A DNA stretch of 47,047 nucleotides from sequence record OZ335955.1. One strand, 5' to 3'. The notes under the pieces are model-generated. The model ran no database searches, was not told the DNA's origin, and was given only the letters and a program-made list of their open reading frames with translations. The stretch comes from a phage. Shown here one piece after another: positions 38,091-47,045 of this stretch. Both the position numbers and the translations under genes were made by a program. How positions within the stretch are numbered: the first letter of the stretch is position 1; each line of letters begins with the position of its first letter.

Positions 38091-39966
38091 TAATGCGATG
38101 CGTGATGCGCTTTGGCGCTTTAATCAATCCCGCATACATCATGAACTGCTTGGCGTTCTGACATTTCAGGATTTTCCCGGACATTGACTTATCATCAAGG
38201 TGAGGGAAGATAGCCTTTGCCTTAAACATGTTTTTCATGTGAATTGCGCCACCGTATGGATAGAAAACCTCGTTAGCCCAGCCTTCTTTCCCATCACAAC
38301 GATTAATCCAGTAGCGATACAAAATACCTTCTCCATCCTTCGTTAGCTGAACCTTGAAATCCATAACGTCAGCCCACTCATTATCGGTATACGCGCGCTC
38401 ATTCAATGCAGCGTTAGGGTCGCGCAAAACATGATCGCAATGTCGGCAATAGCGCGCCGTCGGGTCGTTTTTAGTGCCGCATCCATTATCAAAAATCCTG
38501 ATGCCGTGCTTGTCGAAACCGCAACGGATGTAACTGAAAAACTCTTCGCATCGACCATCTGGAGATAGCGCATCTTTGCCAATGCAGCGACGCGCATATG
38601 GGCTGTTCATTGTTCCGCATTTCGGGCACGGAACCTGTTCACCACTGCGTTTTGAACGTTGCGCCTCAGCCTCTTCAAGAATCGGGTCTTCATACAGCTG
38701 ACCAAGCTCAAACATCGTGCCTGAGAAATCAAGAACCAGATGGTCTTCTTTATGATACCCGGCATCAATTTGCTCTTTCTTCAGCAGGCGCATACCTCGA
38801 CCAAGCAACTGAACAAGAAGGGTTAGCGACATTATTTTCCGTAATATTACAGACGTATCCCAAAGCGGGATGTTGACGCCGGTCGTCAAGCAACCAATCT
38901 GGAAGACATATTTAATCTTGCCAGTGTATGCGTCTTTTAATGCCTTGCGTCTGGCTTTCTGCCCCATGTCTTCGGTGACGATCGCATAACTTCCTTCAGG
39001 TAAATATTTTGCCGCCTCCTGACAGTGCTTCTTGCCTGCGCAGGTAATTAACACGCCATTTCTGTTTTTTGTCAGCTCCATAACCTTAAGCATGATTTTC
39101 TGCGTGAGTGTTCCTTGCTCAAGTATTTCTTTCTGCATCTGCTTGAGCTGCTCTGCGGTGAAGTCCTGCGTCCCGTCAACATCTGAACCATGGAAGTTAT
39201 GCAAGTCATATTTCAAATCATCAACATCATGAAGACCAAAGATTGTTGGCACAACAAAACCGCGATCTACCATGTACTTTGTATCAATGTTTATTATTTC
39301 ATTTTTCCAGTACGCACCTTTCATTGATTCAGTACCACGGAATGGGCTACCGGTGAATCCAATTGTTATCATTTCATGCCCATATCTTGCCTTGCAGCGC
39401 CTGTTAAGTTCAGTAAGTATTACGCCATATTGTGTTGTTGGATTATCACTAATAATATCCTGCCATGGAGCTTGGTGGGACTCATCGATCAGGCAAAATC
39501 TTGGGGTAAAATCACTCAATCCACCTTTCTTGACGTCACCATTTGATTCATCTTTTTTATCAAAAAGTGCGTTCGCGATTGATCCTTCAGTACCGCATAT
39601 AATAGGGTATGCTGTACTTTTCCTGCCAAGAGATGCGCTATAAAGAGAGTTTTTTACACCACACTCCCACATCATTTCAGCATTCTGCTCAGCTATCTCG
39701 CCCTGCCTTGAGATTACAAGGCCATCCCACCCCATATCCTGAAATCTACTGCAAAGCATTGAAATCATCACGGTCTTTCCTGATGAAACAGACGCTGTAA
39801 CATAGCTTGGTTCAGGTTTCTTGCCAAAATTACGAATAACCTCAGCGCACTTTGCGTAAACAAGCCATTGGTAATCATACGGCTCTATGGAACCTATTTT
39901 TATTGATTGCTTTAATCTATCTATATCAATCTCTGAAATCATTTTGTCTATTTTATGCATCACCAA
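38050..39966 (-). CDS. SF2 (DExH-type) helicase with C-terminal zinc ribbons
   Basis: Walker A SVSSGKT, motif II LIDESH, helicase C-domain motifs, C-terminal CPKCG / CRHC clusters. Confidence 0.7.
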   Translation of the reverse strand: MVMHKIDKMISEIDIDRLKQSIKIGSIEPYDYQWLVYAKCAEVIRNFGKKPEPSYVTASVSSGKTVMISMLCSRFQDMGWDGLVISRQGEIAEQNAEMMWECGVKNSLYSASLGRKSTAYPIICGTEGSIANALFDKKDESNGDVKKGGLSDFTPRFCLIDESHQAPWQDIISDNPTTQYGVILTELNRRCKARYGHEMITIGFTGSPFRGTESMKGAYWKNEIINIDTKYMVDRGFVVPTIFGLHDVDDLKYDLHNFHGSDVDGTQDFTAEQLKQMQKEILEQGTLTQKIMLKVMELTKNRNGVLITCAGKKHCQEAAKYLPEGSYAIVTEDMGQKARRKALKDAYTGKIKYVFQIGCLTTGVNIPLWDTSVILRKIMSLTLLVQLLGRGMRLLKKEQIDAGYHKEDHLVLDFSGTMFELGQLYEDPILEEAEAQRSKRSGEQVPCPKCGTMNSPYARRCIGKDALSPDGRCEEFFSYIRCGFDKHGIRIFDNGCGTKNDPTARYCRHCDHVLRDPNAALNERAYTDNEWADVMDFKVQLTKDGEGILYRYWINRCDGKEGWANEVFYPYGGAIHMKNMFKAKAIFPHLDDKSMSGKILKCQNAKQFMMYAGLIKAPKRITHRINDKGRDIIHRKEF

Positions 39967-40223
39967 ATCCTCGCGCCAAGTTGTTCAATTGCTTGTTTCT
40001 TTGTTTCATCATCTATTCCGCTATAAAAATACATATAACTAAGATTCCATAGGTAATCTTCTGGCCTTTCATCGGCAAACAAATCATCCCACTCAAAAAT
40101 CCATTCTCCAGTTCTCTGTCTTCTGTATATGGTTAACCATGTGTTGCTTCGCGGTGGGTATCCGAAGGCAACAGGGACTGGCTTTCCATGAAAAATCCTC
40201 TTTAAAATGTTGTCAAGGAACAC
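39960..40223 (-). CDS. hypothetical protein
   Basis: 87-aa ORF. Confidence 0.4.
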   Translation of the reverse strand: MFLDNILKRIFHGKPVPVAFGYPPRSNTWLTIYRRQRTGEWIFEWDDLFADERPEDYLWNLSYMYFYSGIDDETKKQAIEQLGARIW

Positions 40224-40238
40224 TGTTATATCCTTTTG

Positions 40239-40268
40239 TTGATGTTTCTACGTCAGTTAGCTTATACT
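40239..40268 (+). promoter_or_regulatory. sigma70-like promoter TTGATG-N18-TATACT
   Basis: contains tctacgtca element in spacer and caatctacacc just downstream of -10. Confidence 0.5.
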
Positions 40269-40298
40269 CAATCTACACCAACAATCAAGGGTCAATTT

Positions 40299-41252
40299 AT
40301 GAGATACGACTGGAAAGACATTGAGCCAAAGATGCTCGGAAACTGGGAGGCGGCACTACTGTCAATAGTCAACATAGACAGGAAGATTTTTTCTGGAAAA
40401 CATCAGCCATGCCCTCATTGCATGGGGGTTGACCGGTTTCGTTGGGATAATCACTTCGAAATCAAAGGAGACGGCGGCGCAATCTGCAACCAGTGCGGTT
40501 CAGGCAGCGGCATGAACTGGCTAATGAAACTTTCTGGTATGAGCTTTCCCGAAGCACTGGAGGCGCTGGGTGGATTCCTGAATATGAATCCACGCGAAAA
40601 GCTGGATGCAATCAGGAAGGAACTGCCGAAGATAAATCACAATGACGACTTCATCACCGAGCAGGAAGTCGCCGCAATTATGGCTAAAACGACGCGTATC
40701 GCTATGAATGAGTGGACTTTGATAAATGGTATTGGTTGCGACGTTAACGTCGTCAGCGGCAAATCTGGAGAGCTTATTGCGGTTGAGATGGTGCGTGCTG
40801 ACACAATGAAGCCGTGCAACGTCGCATTCATTGGCATGGATGGTGATGCATTCAGAACATTCTACAAAGCAGGATATAACAAAGACTCAGCCATCAACGG
40901 AAAACTCACACGCGGCGCGATAAGCACAATCGGAGAAGATAACGGGAAGTTCATTTACCTGGTATCTGATTATGCCGACGCGTGGAAATGCCATTACTTC
41001 ACTGGCGTGCATGTCTGGTGCTGCTGGTCGCCGGAAAACATGTGGGAAGTGGTGCGCTCTGTTAGCGATGAGATGAAAGCACGGTTACGCTGCATAGTTA
41101 ATTATAAATTTGACGAGCTTTGCGCAGCGGACAACGCAGGACTTCCGGTAATGCTGCCTGATGATGCTGACACTATCAGGATGGCGAAGCGAATCAGGAG
41201 AAAGATTTATGACGCCGGCGAGTTGATAGGTAAAATGTCAGCCAGAAGATAA
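40299..41252 (+). CDS. DNA primase (zinc-ribbon plus Toprim-like)
   Basis: ORF-track 40236..41252 starts at TTG; ATG 40299; CPHCMGVDRFRWDNHF...CNQCGSGSG resembles the P4 alpha-type primase zinc-binding domain. Confidence 0.55.
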   Translation: MRYDWKDIEPKMLGNWEAALLSIVNIDRKIFSGKHQPCPHCMGVDRFRWDNHFEIKGDGGAICNQCGSGSGMNWLMKLSGMSFPEALEALGGFLNMNPREKLDAIRKELPKINHNDDFITEQEVAAIMAKTTRIAMNEWTLINGIGCDVNVVSGKSGELIAVEMVRADTMKPCNVAFIGMDGDAFRTFYKAGYNKDSAINGKLTRGAISTIGEDNGKFIYLVSDYADAWKCHYFTGVHVWCCWSPENMWEVVRSVSDEMKARLRCIVNYKFDELCAADNAGLPVMLPDDADTIRMAKRIRRKIYDAGELIGKMSARR

Positions 41253-41256
41253 AAGA

Positions 41257-41282
41257 AACCCTCCGATTGGAGGGTTTTTGTT
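41257..41282. terminator. rho-independent terminator (bidirectional)
   Basis: aaccctcc-gatt-ggagggtt hairpin followed by T-run, between convergent genes. Confidence 0.6.
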
Positions 41283-41283
41283 A

Positions 41284-41697
41284 TCAGCGTTTCATCTTGT
41301 CAATTTCATCGTCAATAATCTTTATTATCTCTCGCTTTGCATTCCTCCATGCATAAATGGCATCAAGCGAAGCTCTGTCTTTTGAATCACCGGTGGCTGT
41401 TGAATACAGTATTATGTCTCCCATCTTACAAAATTTATCAATGTAAACAGCCCTAAAAAGACCATCTCCGCAACTCCAGCACAAGCAATTATTTATTTTC
41501 TCGCAATCATTAACAATACTTAGAGTGTTAAACGTCTCAAACCATCCACGGCGTTCACCAATGCAAATGGAGTAATCATAATCACCATATCCACAAGGAG
41601 ATACTGAACACTCAAGAAGAAAAAGTCGATATTCATACAACTTTAGAGCTATCGCCTTGTGAATAAGAAACTTGAGTTTTTTCTTGGCGCTCATCAA
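41284..41697 (-). CDS. hypothetical Cys-rich protein
   Basis: 137-aa ORF. Confidence 0.45.
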   Translation of the reverse strand: MMSAKKKLKFLIHKAIALKLYEYRLFLLECSVSPCGYGDYDYSICIGERRGWFETFNTLSIVNDCEKINNCLCWSCGDGLFRAVYIDKFCKMGDIILYSTATGDSKDRASLDAIYAWRNAKREIIKIIDDEIDKMKR

Positions 41698-42060
41698 AGC
41701 ACACCCTCACTGCGTTTATGCTCAATTTCATTCCGTATACGAAGCCACAATTTCCTTGTGTTTTTTACTGCCTTGTCTTTTGTTTCCCCGATTCCAGACG
41801 TGTGAATCTGATACTTTTTACCAGTATGATGTCCATCTATGCCAATCAAGACGCCTCTCCAACCATTACCATGCACGTCTTTGAAGCAAAAAAATACCGC
41901 CAATAACTTCAATGCCTTCTTGAGAGTCTCCATATGGGAAAAACAGATCATGAAACCAATCACAATCCGCAGCTCCCAATATGAAATCAACTTTACCAGG
42001 ACGAGTTTCTGTTGCATAACAGTTAACAACATTTTCATTAATCACTATATTCATCGCCAA
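41694..42060 (-). pseudogene. hypothetical protein split by a frameshift at an A7/T7 homopolymer (ORFs 41866..42060 and 41694..42038)
   Basis: N-terminal frame ends ...EVIGGIF and the other frame continues FCFKDVHGNGW... at tract 41888..41894; a 1-nt deletion would fuse them into ~122 aa. Confidence 0.4.
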
Positions 42061-43541
42061 CCCCTCATTGCAGCCATATTCATGCCAATACCATCAACAA
42101 TTTGCGTGAATTTAACGCTCATTTTCGTACCTTCAAATTTACTTGCGTCGTTAATCCAGTAACCGCAACCTACAGCATCAATTGCACGAGATGCCATGAG
42201 AGATTGTATTACTGGAGTAACAAGAGTTTTTGCCCCATAGGAAAAATCTTCCCCATTAGACCTTGCTATTGCCTCAGCAAGAGCCTTGAGGGATTTTGTT
42301 TTAACAGCCCTCTGAACGAGAATAGACTGAGGCATCCTGTCATCCTTCGTTCTTCCAGAAAGGATATTCTCAATTCTATTTTTAATCTCATTCCATCTGG
42401 CCATTGTTCCGAGTTCTTCCTGGCTTTCGTTCACTTTTAGCATGCTCATGACGTCTGTCAGGCTTTCGCAAACAAAACAGAATGACCACATCAGCATTTC
42501 TTCTGTAATTACACCTTTATTCCCAGCAGAAAGTGCAGTTGCAACTTTTTCAACCTGTTCGAATGAACGGGCAATTACCGCGCCAAGAGAAACATCATTT
42601 ACCAGCTCCTCAAATCTGTCATCAAGTGATTCAGCCAGCGCCTGCACAACATCGTTTTCGTATCTTGCAACCTGTGGTGATGATTTTTCCACTGCCTTCA
42701 TTTTATCTATTAGAGACTGTGGTGTTTTATGGCCATATTTGCGTAATTTCCTCGCGCGACCGTCTTTCCCCTTAATGAAGATTGCTCGACCAATCAAGCC
42801 TGTTCCGATATTTTCTGAACAAATAATGCTGGACAGCTTCTCTGGTGTTGAAAAGCACATCATTGAGAATATCGGGTCTTCGATACCCTGCTGAATTGGC
42901 CACAATATTTCACGCTCAAGCTGCTGCTCGCGTCTGCGGTATTCTGACTCTACAATCCCTTTGTCCTTAACTTCAGCCTTCAGCTTCTTAAGCTCCTTCT
43001 CAAGCTGCTCTTTGGCGTTAACAGCATCAAGGTCGGAAAACTTCTTCAGCCTGTCGGAATAAACAGACAGAATTTCAGAACCAAGTTCAGCCATGTAAGC
43101 CGCGCCATTCTTCTGAGTCATTACACCAAACAATCCATGACATTCATCAATAATAAATGTCGCTACGCCATCATGATTTATCAGTGACCGACCGATATCT
43201 TTTGATGATGCAATGCGACCAAATACATGCATACCCTTTTCGATATCTCTCGCCATGATTTTGAAATGGCTTTGTGACCTATCCTTTCCTCCCGCTGAAT
43301 CTGCGATACAGATAGTAAGAAGATTTCCCTTCATACCGCTTGGTGTTTTAATCTTACCCTTGCTGGCAATAATCAGTTCATGAAGAGCGGCAACAGCCCT
43401 GAGTCTTGGTTGTTCACGAACCTCACCAGCGGCAATGTCATCAGCAATTTCACCGGCAAGACCAGGTGGTTTGGTAATGTCGTACCACTTTTCTTTGTTT
43501 ATGTCTGCCGTCAGGTCATAAATGGTTTTTATCGACATCAT
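42051..43541 (-). CDS. DUF3987-like replication-associated protein (putative helicase/loader)
   Basis: 496 aa; NLLTICIADSAGGKDRS P-loop-like segment and overall pattern resemble primase-associated DUF3987 proteins. Confidence 0.4.
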   Translation of the reverse strand: MMSIKTIYDLTADINKEKWYDITKPPGLAGEIADDIAAGEVREQPRLRAVAALHELIIASKGKIKTPSGMKGNLLTICIADSAGGKDRSQSHFKIMARDIEKGMHVFGRIASSKDIGRSLINHDGVATFIIDECHGLFGVMTQKNGAAYMAELGSEILSVYSDRLKKFSDLDAVNAKEQLEKELKKLKAEVKDKGIVESEYRRREQQLEREILWPIQQGIEDPIFSMMCFSTPEKLSSIICSENIGTGLIGRAIFIKGKDGRARKLRKYGHKTPQSLIDKMKAVEKSSPQVARYENDVVQALAESLDDRFEELVNDVSLGAVIARSFEQVEKVATALSAGNKGVITEEMLMWSFCFVCESLTDVMSMLKVNESQEELGTMARWNEIKNRIENILSGRTKDDRMPQSILVQRAVKTKSLKALAEAIARSNGEDFSYGAKTLVTPVIQSLMASRAIDAVGCGYWINDASKFEGTKMSVKFTQIVDGIGMNMAAMRGWR

Positions 43542-43783
43542 GAGATCCTTTTGATGATTACTTTCCCATCACTTGATTTGCATGTGAATGATTTTCCTGT
43601 TGCGTGCCCATAAGCATGGGCTTTTCTCTGAACCTTTGTATTGCTGTATTCACATTCTGATATACAAACAATGTCTCCTGGTTTCATCCTGCTAAAAGGC
43701 CACTTTGTTCTCTTTCTTGCATTATCCATATCAAATTGAGTTGCCATTGTTACCTTCATTAAAACCTCCTCACGCTTATACAT
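43538..43783 (-). CDS. hypothetical protein
   Basis: 81-aa ORF adjacent to putative origin. Confidence 0.4.
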   Translation of the reverse strand: MYKREEVLMKVTMATQFDMDNARKRTKWPFSRMKPGDIVCISECEYSNTKVQRKAHAYGHATGKSFTCKSSDGKVIIKRIS

Positions 43784-44220
43784 CAGGTATCTTATTCTTA
43801 TCCATTCCCCATGTCAACCAAGCCGCAACATGCGCAAATCACTTATCCGCTAAATGTAATTCGGGATAAAACGGGATAAGAACGGGGAAAGTTTGGGATA
43901 AGTAATTTTAGTACTAAGTATATGTATTTATTACTATTACTATTTATATATACTGCTATTTATCCTATTTATACCATTTTTCTCACCATGTTTTTGTCAC
44001 CAAAAAAATCCATTCCAAAAATTATATTTCTCTCTATTAGATTCGGGATAAGTGTAAATGGGATAAAACGACGCAACATCATGATTTATTACGAGTTTTT
44101 TGGGGTAAATGAAAAAATCAGCGGGATAAAACGGATAAATTCACCTGTTAAAAATCAATTACTTACAAAATTAATAACTGTTGGTGATAACTAACAGTGT
44201 GGTTTGTTTTAGTCATTGTA
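43784..44220. repeat. iteron-rich AT-rich non-coding region (putative replication origin)
   Basis: at least seven copies of GGGATAA(A/G) in both orientations flanking a ~120-bp AT-rich island (43900..44040). Confidence 0.5.
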
Positions 44221-44249
44221 TTGACGTAGAATCACAACTGATGTAGATT
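44221..44249 (+). promoter_or_regulatory. sigma70-like promoter TTGACG-N17-TAGATT (conserved family)
   Basis: TTGACGTAGAATCACAACTGATGTAGATT upstream of 44280 gene. Confidence 0.55.
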
Positions 44250-44279
44250 GAACTCATCGAAACAAGCGAGGGTGAAGAG

Positions 44280-44465
44280 ATGAAAGAAGAAAGCACGTAC
44301 AGCATCGACCAGATGAGGTTATTCAGCGATATATGCATGGCATTGTCGCAGCAGGTTCCAAGCCTTCCTGCTGACATGCGTTCAAATGCAATCATTGATG
44401 CAGCAAACATGATTTGCGAGGCTTATGCGATGAGTGAAGATGAATATAAGGCTTCGAAGAAATGA
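44280..44465 (+). CDS. hypothetical protein
   Basis: 61-aa ORF with GAGGGTGA RBS. Confidence 0.45.
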   Translation: MKEESTYSIDQMRLFSDICMALSQQVPSLPADMRSNAIIDAANMICEAYAMSEDEYKASKK

Positions 44466-44557
44466 CAGGCGCAACACTCGAGCTTATCGCCAGTCTGGTT
44501 ATCATGGCATTCATCATTATCGCAGTGGCAGTTTCTAAATCAGGGTATAAGGAGTAA
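44462..44557 (+). CDS. small membrane protein (31 aa)
   Basis: ATGA overlap with upstream stop; hydrophobic; another 26-codon ORF follows at 44562..44642 with AAGGAG RBS. Confidence 0.3.
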   Translation: MTGATLELIASLVIMAFIIIAVAVSKSGYKE

Positions 44558-44645
44558 CAAAATGAGTAGCTGGCATAACGAACACATCATGCAGTGGTAT
44601 CGCTGTCGTATTAAGGCAATTACTAACTCTTATGAGGTTTAACAA

Positions 44646-44828
44646 ATGGCAAAGACTATCTATCGTCGCGAGAAGCTGGAACAGGAACTTGGACGCGTTG
44701 GCGCGCAGAACTTCATGAGCAAGCAGGCACGCAATGCAATGGAATCTATCCGCGTAAATCGCGTTGTGCGCGTGTTTAATGGTGAAGGTAAGCGCAGAGT
44801 AATGGATGAGCTTATTATCGTGTTCTGA
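44646..44828 (+). CDS. hypothetical protein
   Basis: 60-aa ORF. Confidence 0.4.
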   Translation: MAKTIYRREKLEQELGRVGAQNFMSKQARNAMESIRVNRVVRVFNGEGKRRVMDELIIVF

Positions 44829-44864
44829 CCACGATTCAGCTATCTTATTTTTAATGGTGGTGAT

Positions 44865-45101
44865 ATGGCAAAAGTGAAAACATACGAGTTCTGGTTTTGC
44901 ACAAGCATATTTTGCAAAGTGCGTAAAAACATCAAGCGCGCTCGCTGGTGGAACAAGCCTATTTTATTGGCGCTTTACACTGTGACAGCAAAGTGCAAAT
45001 TCAAAGCGATTGACATCACAGATGAGGATGCGCTCAAAATCGCAAAGATTGAGTTTGAAGAAGATGGTTATTGCGAAGAAATTATGGGGGTTAGGGTATG
45101 A
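44865..45101 (+). CDS. hypothetical protein
   Basis: 78-aa ORF. Confidence 0.4.
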   Translation: MAKVKTYEFWFCTSIFCKVRKNIKRARWWNKPILLALYTVTAKCKFKAIDITDEDALKIAKIEFEEDGYCEEIMGVRV

Positions 45102-45379
45102 GTGAAGTTAAAACATACGCAGTAAACTGCAACGACGCGTGGCTTAATACAGATGGAGATGACATCTCTCGCTCATATGTTAAGTATGCTGATTACGCAG
45201 CGCTAGAAGCTAAATGCGATGAGCTACTTGAAGAAATCAAAAACATGCAGGACCAAGCCCTTGACGATGGATGTCGAATTGCAGAACTTGAAGAAGCCTT
45301 GCGAGATATGCAGGAACTAATTCCTGATGAGTTCGACACCACCAACCAGCAATTCGAAATCCTGGCTAAAAGTGAATAG
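45098..45379 (+). CDS. hypothetical acidic protein
   Basis: 93 aa, about one quarter Asp/Glu. Confidence 0.45.
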   Translation: MSEVKTYAVNCNDAWLNTDGDDISRSYVKYADYAALEAKCDELLEEIKNMQDQALDDGCRIAELEEALRDMQELIPDEFDTTNQQFEILAKSE

Positions 45380-45442
45380 CTACCCGTTCATGTTAATTAT
45401 CAGTTCGCTCTATGTGGCGCACGCTTTAGTGGAGATGTATAT

Positions 45443-45550
45443 ATGACCAGACACCAACGACGCCGCTACACCACTGGCGCTAAAATCTTCCTTGCTGTTT
45501 ATGCGCTGGCGATGGTAGCAGCTATTGCAGGAGTTGTGCATTATGTTTAA
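45443..45550 (+). CDS. small membrane protein (35 aa)
   Basis: GGAG RBS; Arg-rich N-terminus then one hydrophobic helix; not in ORF track. Confidence 0.3.
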   Translation: MTRHQRRRYTTGAKIFLAVYALAMVAAIAGVVHYV

Positions 45551-45722
45551 CGATATTAGCTGCGCAATGGAATTTATGTGGAAGCGCTACTGGGACGGCA
45601 TGATGACGTGTCATTACATGATGGTACAACTCAGCAATCGCATTGAGGTTGTGCCTGACAATGGTGTGCATGATATTAAATACATGTGCTCAACGAGGGA
45701 TTATGCTAATGCAAACCACTAA
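45543..45722 (+). CDS. hypothetical protein
   Basis: ORF-track 45525..45722; ATG 45543. Confidence 0.35.
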   Translation: MFNDISCAMEFMWKRYWDGMMTCHYMMVQLSNRIEVVPDNGVHDIKYMCSTRDYANANH

Positions 45723-45882
45723 ACAGAAAGTCTGGCACCTCGCAAAGCAGCACGAACTGGATGATTTTATCGCGAAGGTGGCAAAGATATTCCCTGATGC
45801 GCTTGAAATCGTTCATGTGCAGACTCGAAATGAAAATGCATGGTGCTATGCTGGCAAGCGTGATAATCATGGTGTACAATAA
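45703..45882 (+). CDS. hypothetical protein
   Basis: ORF-track 45643..45882; ATG 45703. Confidence 0.35.
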   Translation: MLMQTTKQKVWHLAKQHELDDFIAKVAKIFPDALEIVHVQTRNENAWCYAGKRDNHGVQ

Positions 45883-45926
45883 GCGCATAACCACCATTGC
45901 TTCACTCATATCATCACCCAACCTTT

Positions 45927-45954
45927 AACCCGCCTTGTGCGGGTTCTTTTTTAT
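45927..45954 (+). terminator. rho-independent terminator
   Basis: aacccgc-cttgt-gcgggtt hairpin followed by cttttttat. Confidence 0.6.
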
Positions 45955-45998
45955 CTGTGTTAAACTAACGATATCGAATACGAAAAGACGAAAACAGA

Positions 45999-46442
45999 AT
46001 GGCTAATCCAAACCCTGTCATGAAATTTTCCTCTGAGTACCAGCCTGCCGGCAGAGGATTAAGCTACAGAAACAGGCTTATTGAGGCATTAAAGCGGTGC
46101 GGACTTGGAGAAGAGGAGTTCCTTGACGCATTTATCAGGACTTCAATCAAGATGACTGAGGAAAACCCGACTCAGGGTGTGCAAATGCTGAAGGAAATAT
46201 TCCTGCGTATCAGTCCGGTACAAAAGAGTATGGCTCCTCCGGTTAATTTTAAATACCGCAAAGATGCCACGCCAGTAGAACAGATAGAGGACGTCATTCA
46301 ATCTGTTTCCAGTGGGGAACTTCCAATCGATGTGGCGTCTCAGGTTGTGTCTATGATTAAGGTTGGGCTTGATGTGAAAGAGTTAACCGAACTCGCTGCT
46401 AGACTTGAGCGACTGGAGAAATTGCTGGAACAGCAACAGTAA
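45999..46442 (+). CDS. putative terminase small subunit
   Basis: 147 aa with C-terminal coiled coil; position immediately upstream of terL on a circular map; positional inference. Confidence 0.4.
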   Translation: MANPNPVMKFSSEYQPAGRGLSYRNRLIEALKRCGLGEEEFLDAFIRTSIKMTEENPTQGVQMLKEIFLRISPVQKSMAPPVNFKYRKDATPVEQIEDVIQSVSSGELPIDVASQVVSMIKVGLDVKELTELAARLERLEKLLEQQQ

Positions 46443-46526
46443 CTGATTTATAATAATTAATGCGGCTAGGGGGCACCCGAAAAGCGACTCATCACCGCCT
46501 GCCGCATTCACTTCAATGATGCCCTG

Positions 46527-47045
46527 ATGAGGAATCTATATATGCTTACGCAAGCAGAATTAAAACACATCCTTGATTACAATCCTGACACCGGAATTTT
46601 CACATGGAAAAACCCACACAAGCAGGGAAGGGCTAAACCCGGGAAGCCAGCAGGAACAATAAAATTATGCGGTACCGTTGGTAGCAAACGGCCGTATCAC
46701 TATATTCATTTTGGAAGAAAGTGGTATAGATCGCATAGGCTGGCTTGGCTTTACATGACTGGTAGTTGGCCTGAAAAAGAAATAGACCACATAAACAACA
46801 ATACGCTTGATAATCGTTTCGTTAATCTGCGAGAGGCTGACCATCAACAAAATGGTTACAACAAAAAGCTACAGGCAAACAACACGTCAGGGGTTAAGGG
46901 TGTGTATTGGGATAAATCAAAATGCAAGTGGATGGCAAGATTAAATATAAATGGCAGGATGGTTAATCTTGGCAGGTTCGCCAACATTGAAGATGCAGTC
47001 AAAAAGATAATGGAAGAAAGAGAGAAACATCACGGGGAGTTTTAA
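46527..47045 (+). CDS. HNH homing endonuclease (HNH + AP2-like domain)
   Basis: EIDHINNNTLDNRFVNLREADHQQN motif and GVKGVYWDKSKCKWMARL AP2-like region; between putative terS and terL. Confidence 0.85.
   Translation: MRNLYMLTQAELKHILDYNPDTGIFTWKNPHKQGRAKPGKPAGTIKLCGTVGSKRPYHYIHFGRKWYRSHRLAWLYMTGSWPEKEIDHINNNTLDNRFVNLREADHQQNGYNKKLQANNTSGVKGVYWDKSKCKWMARLNINGRMVNLGRFANIEDAVKKIMEEREKHHGEF

Noticed and set aside
43922-44194. 90-aa plus-strand ORF in the AT-rich region
   Set aside because: Low-complexity Ile/Leu/Tyr/Phe translation of AT-rich iteron/origin-like DNA; no RBS.
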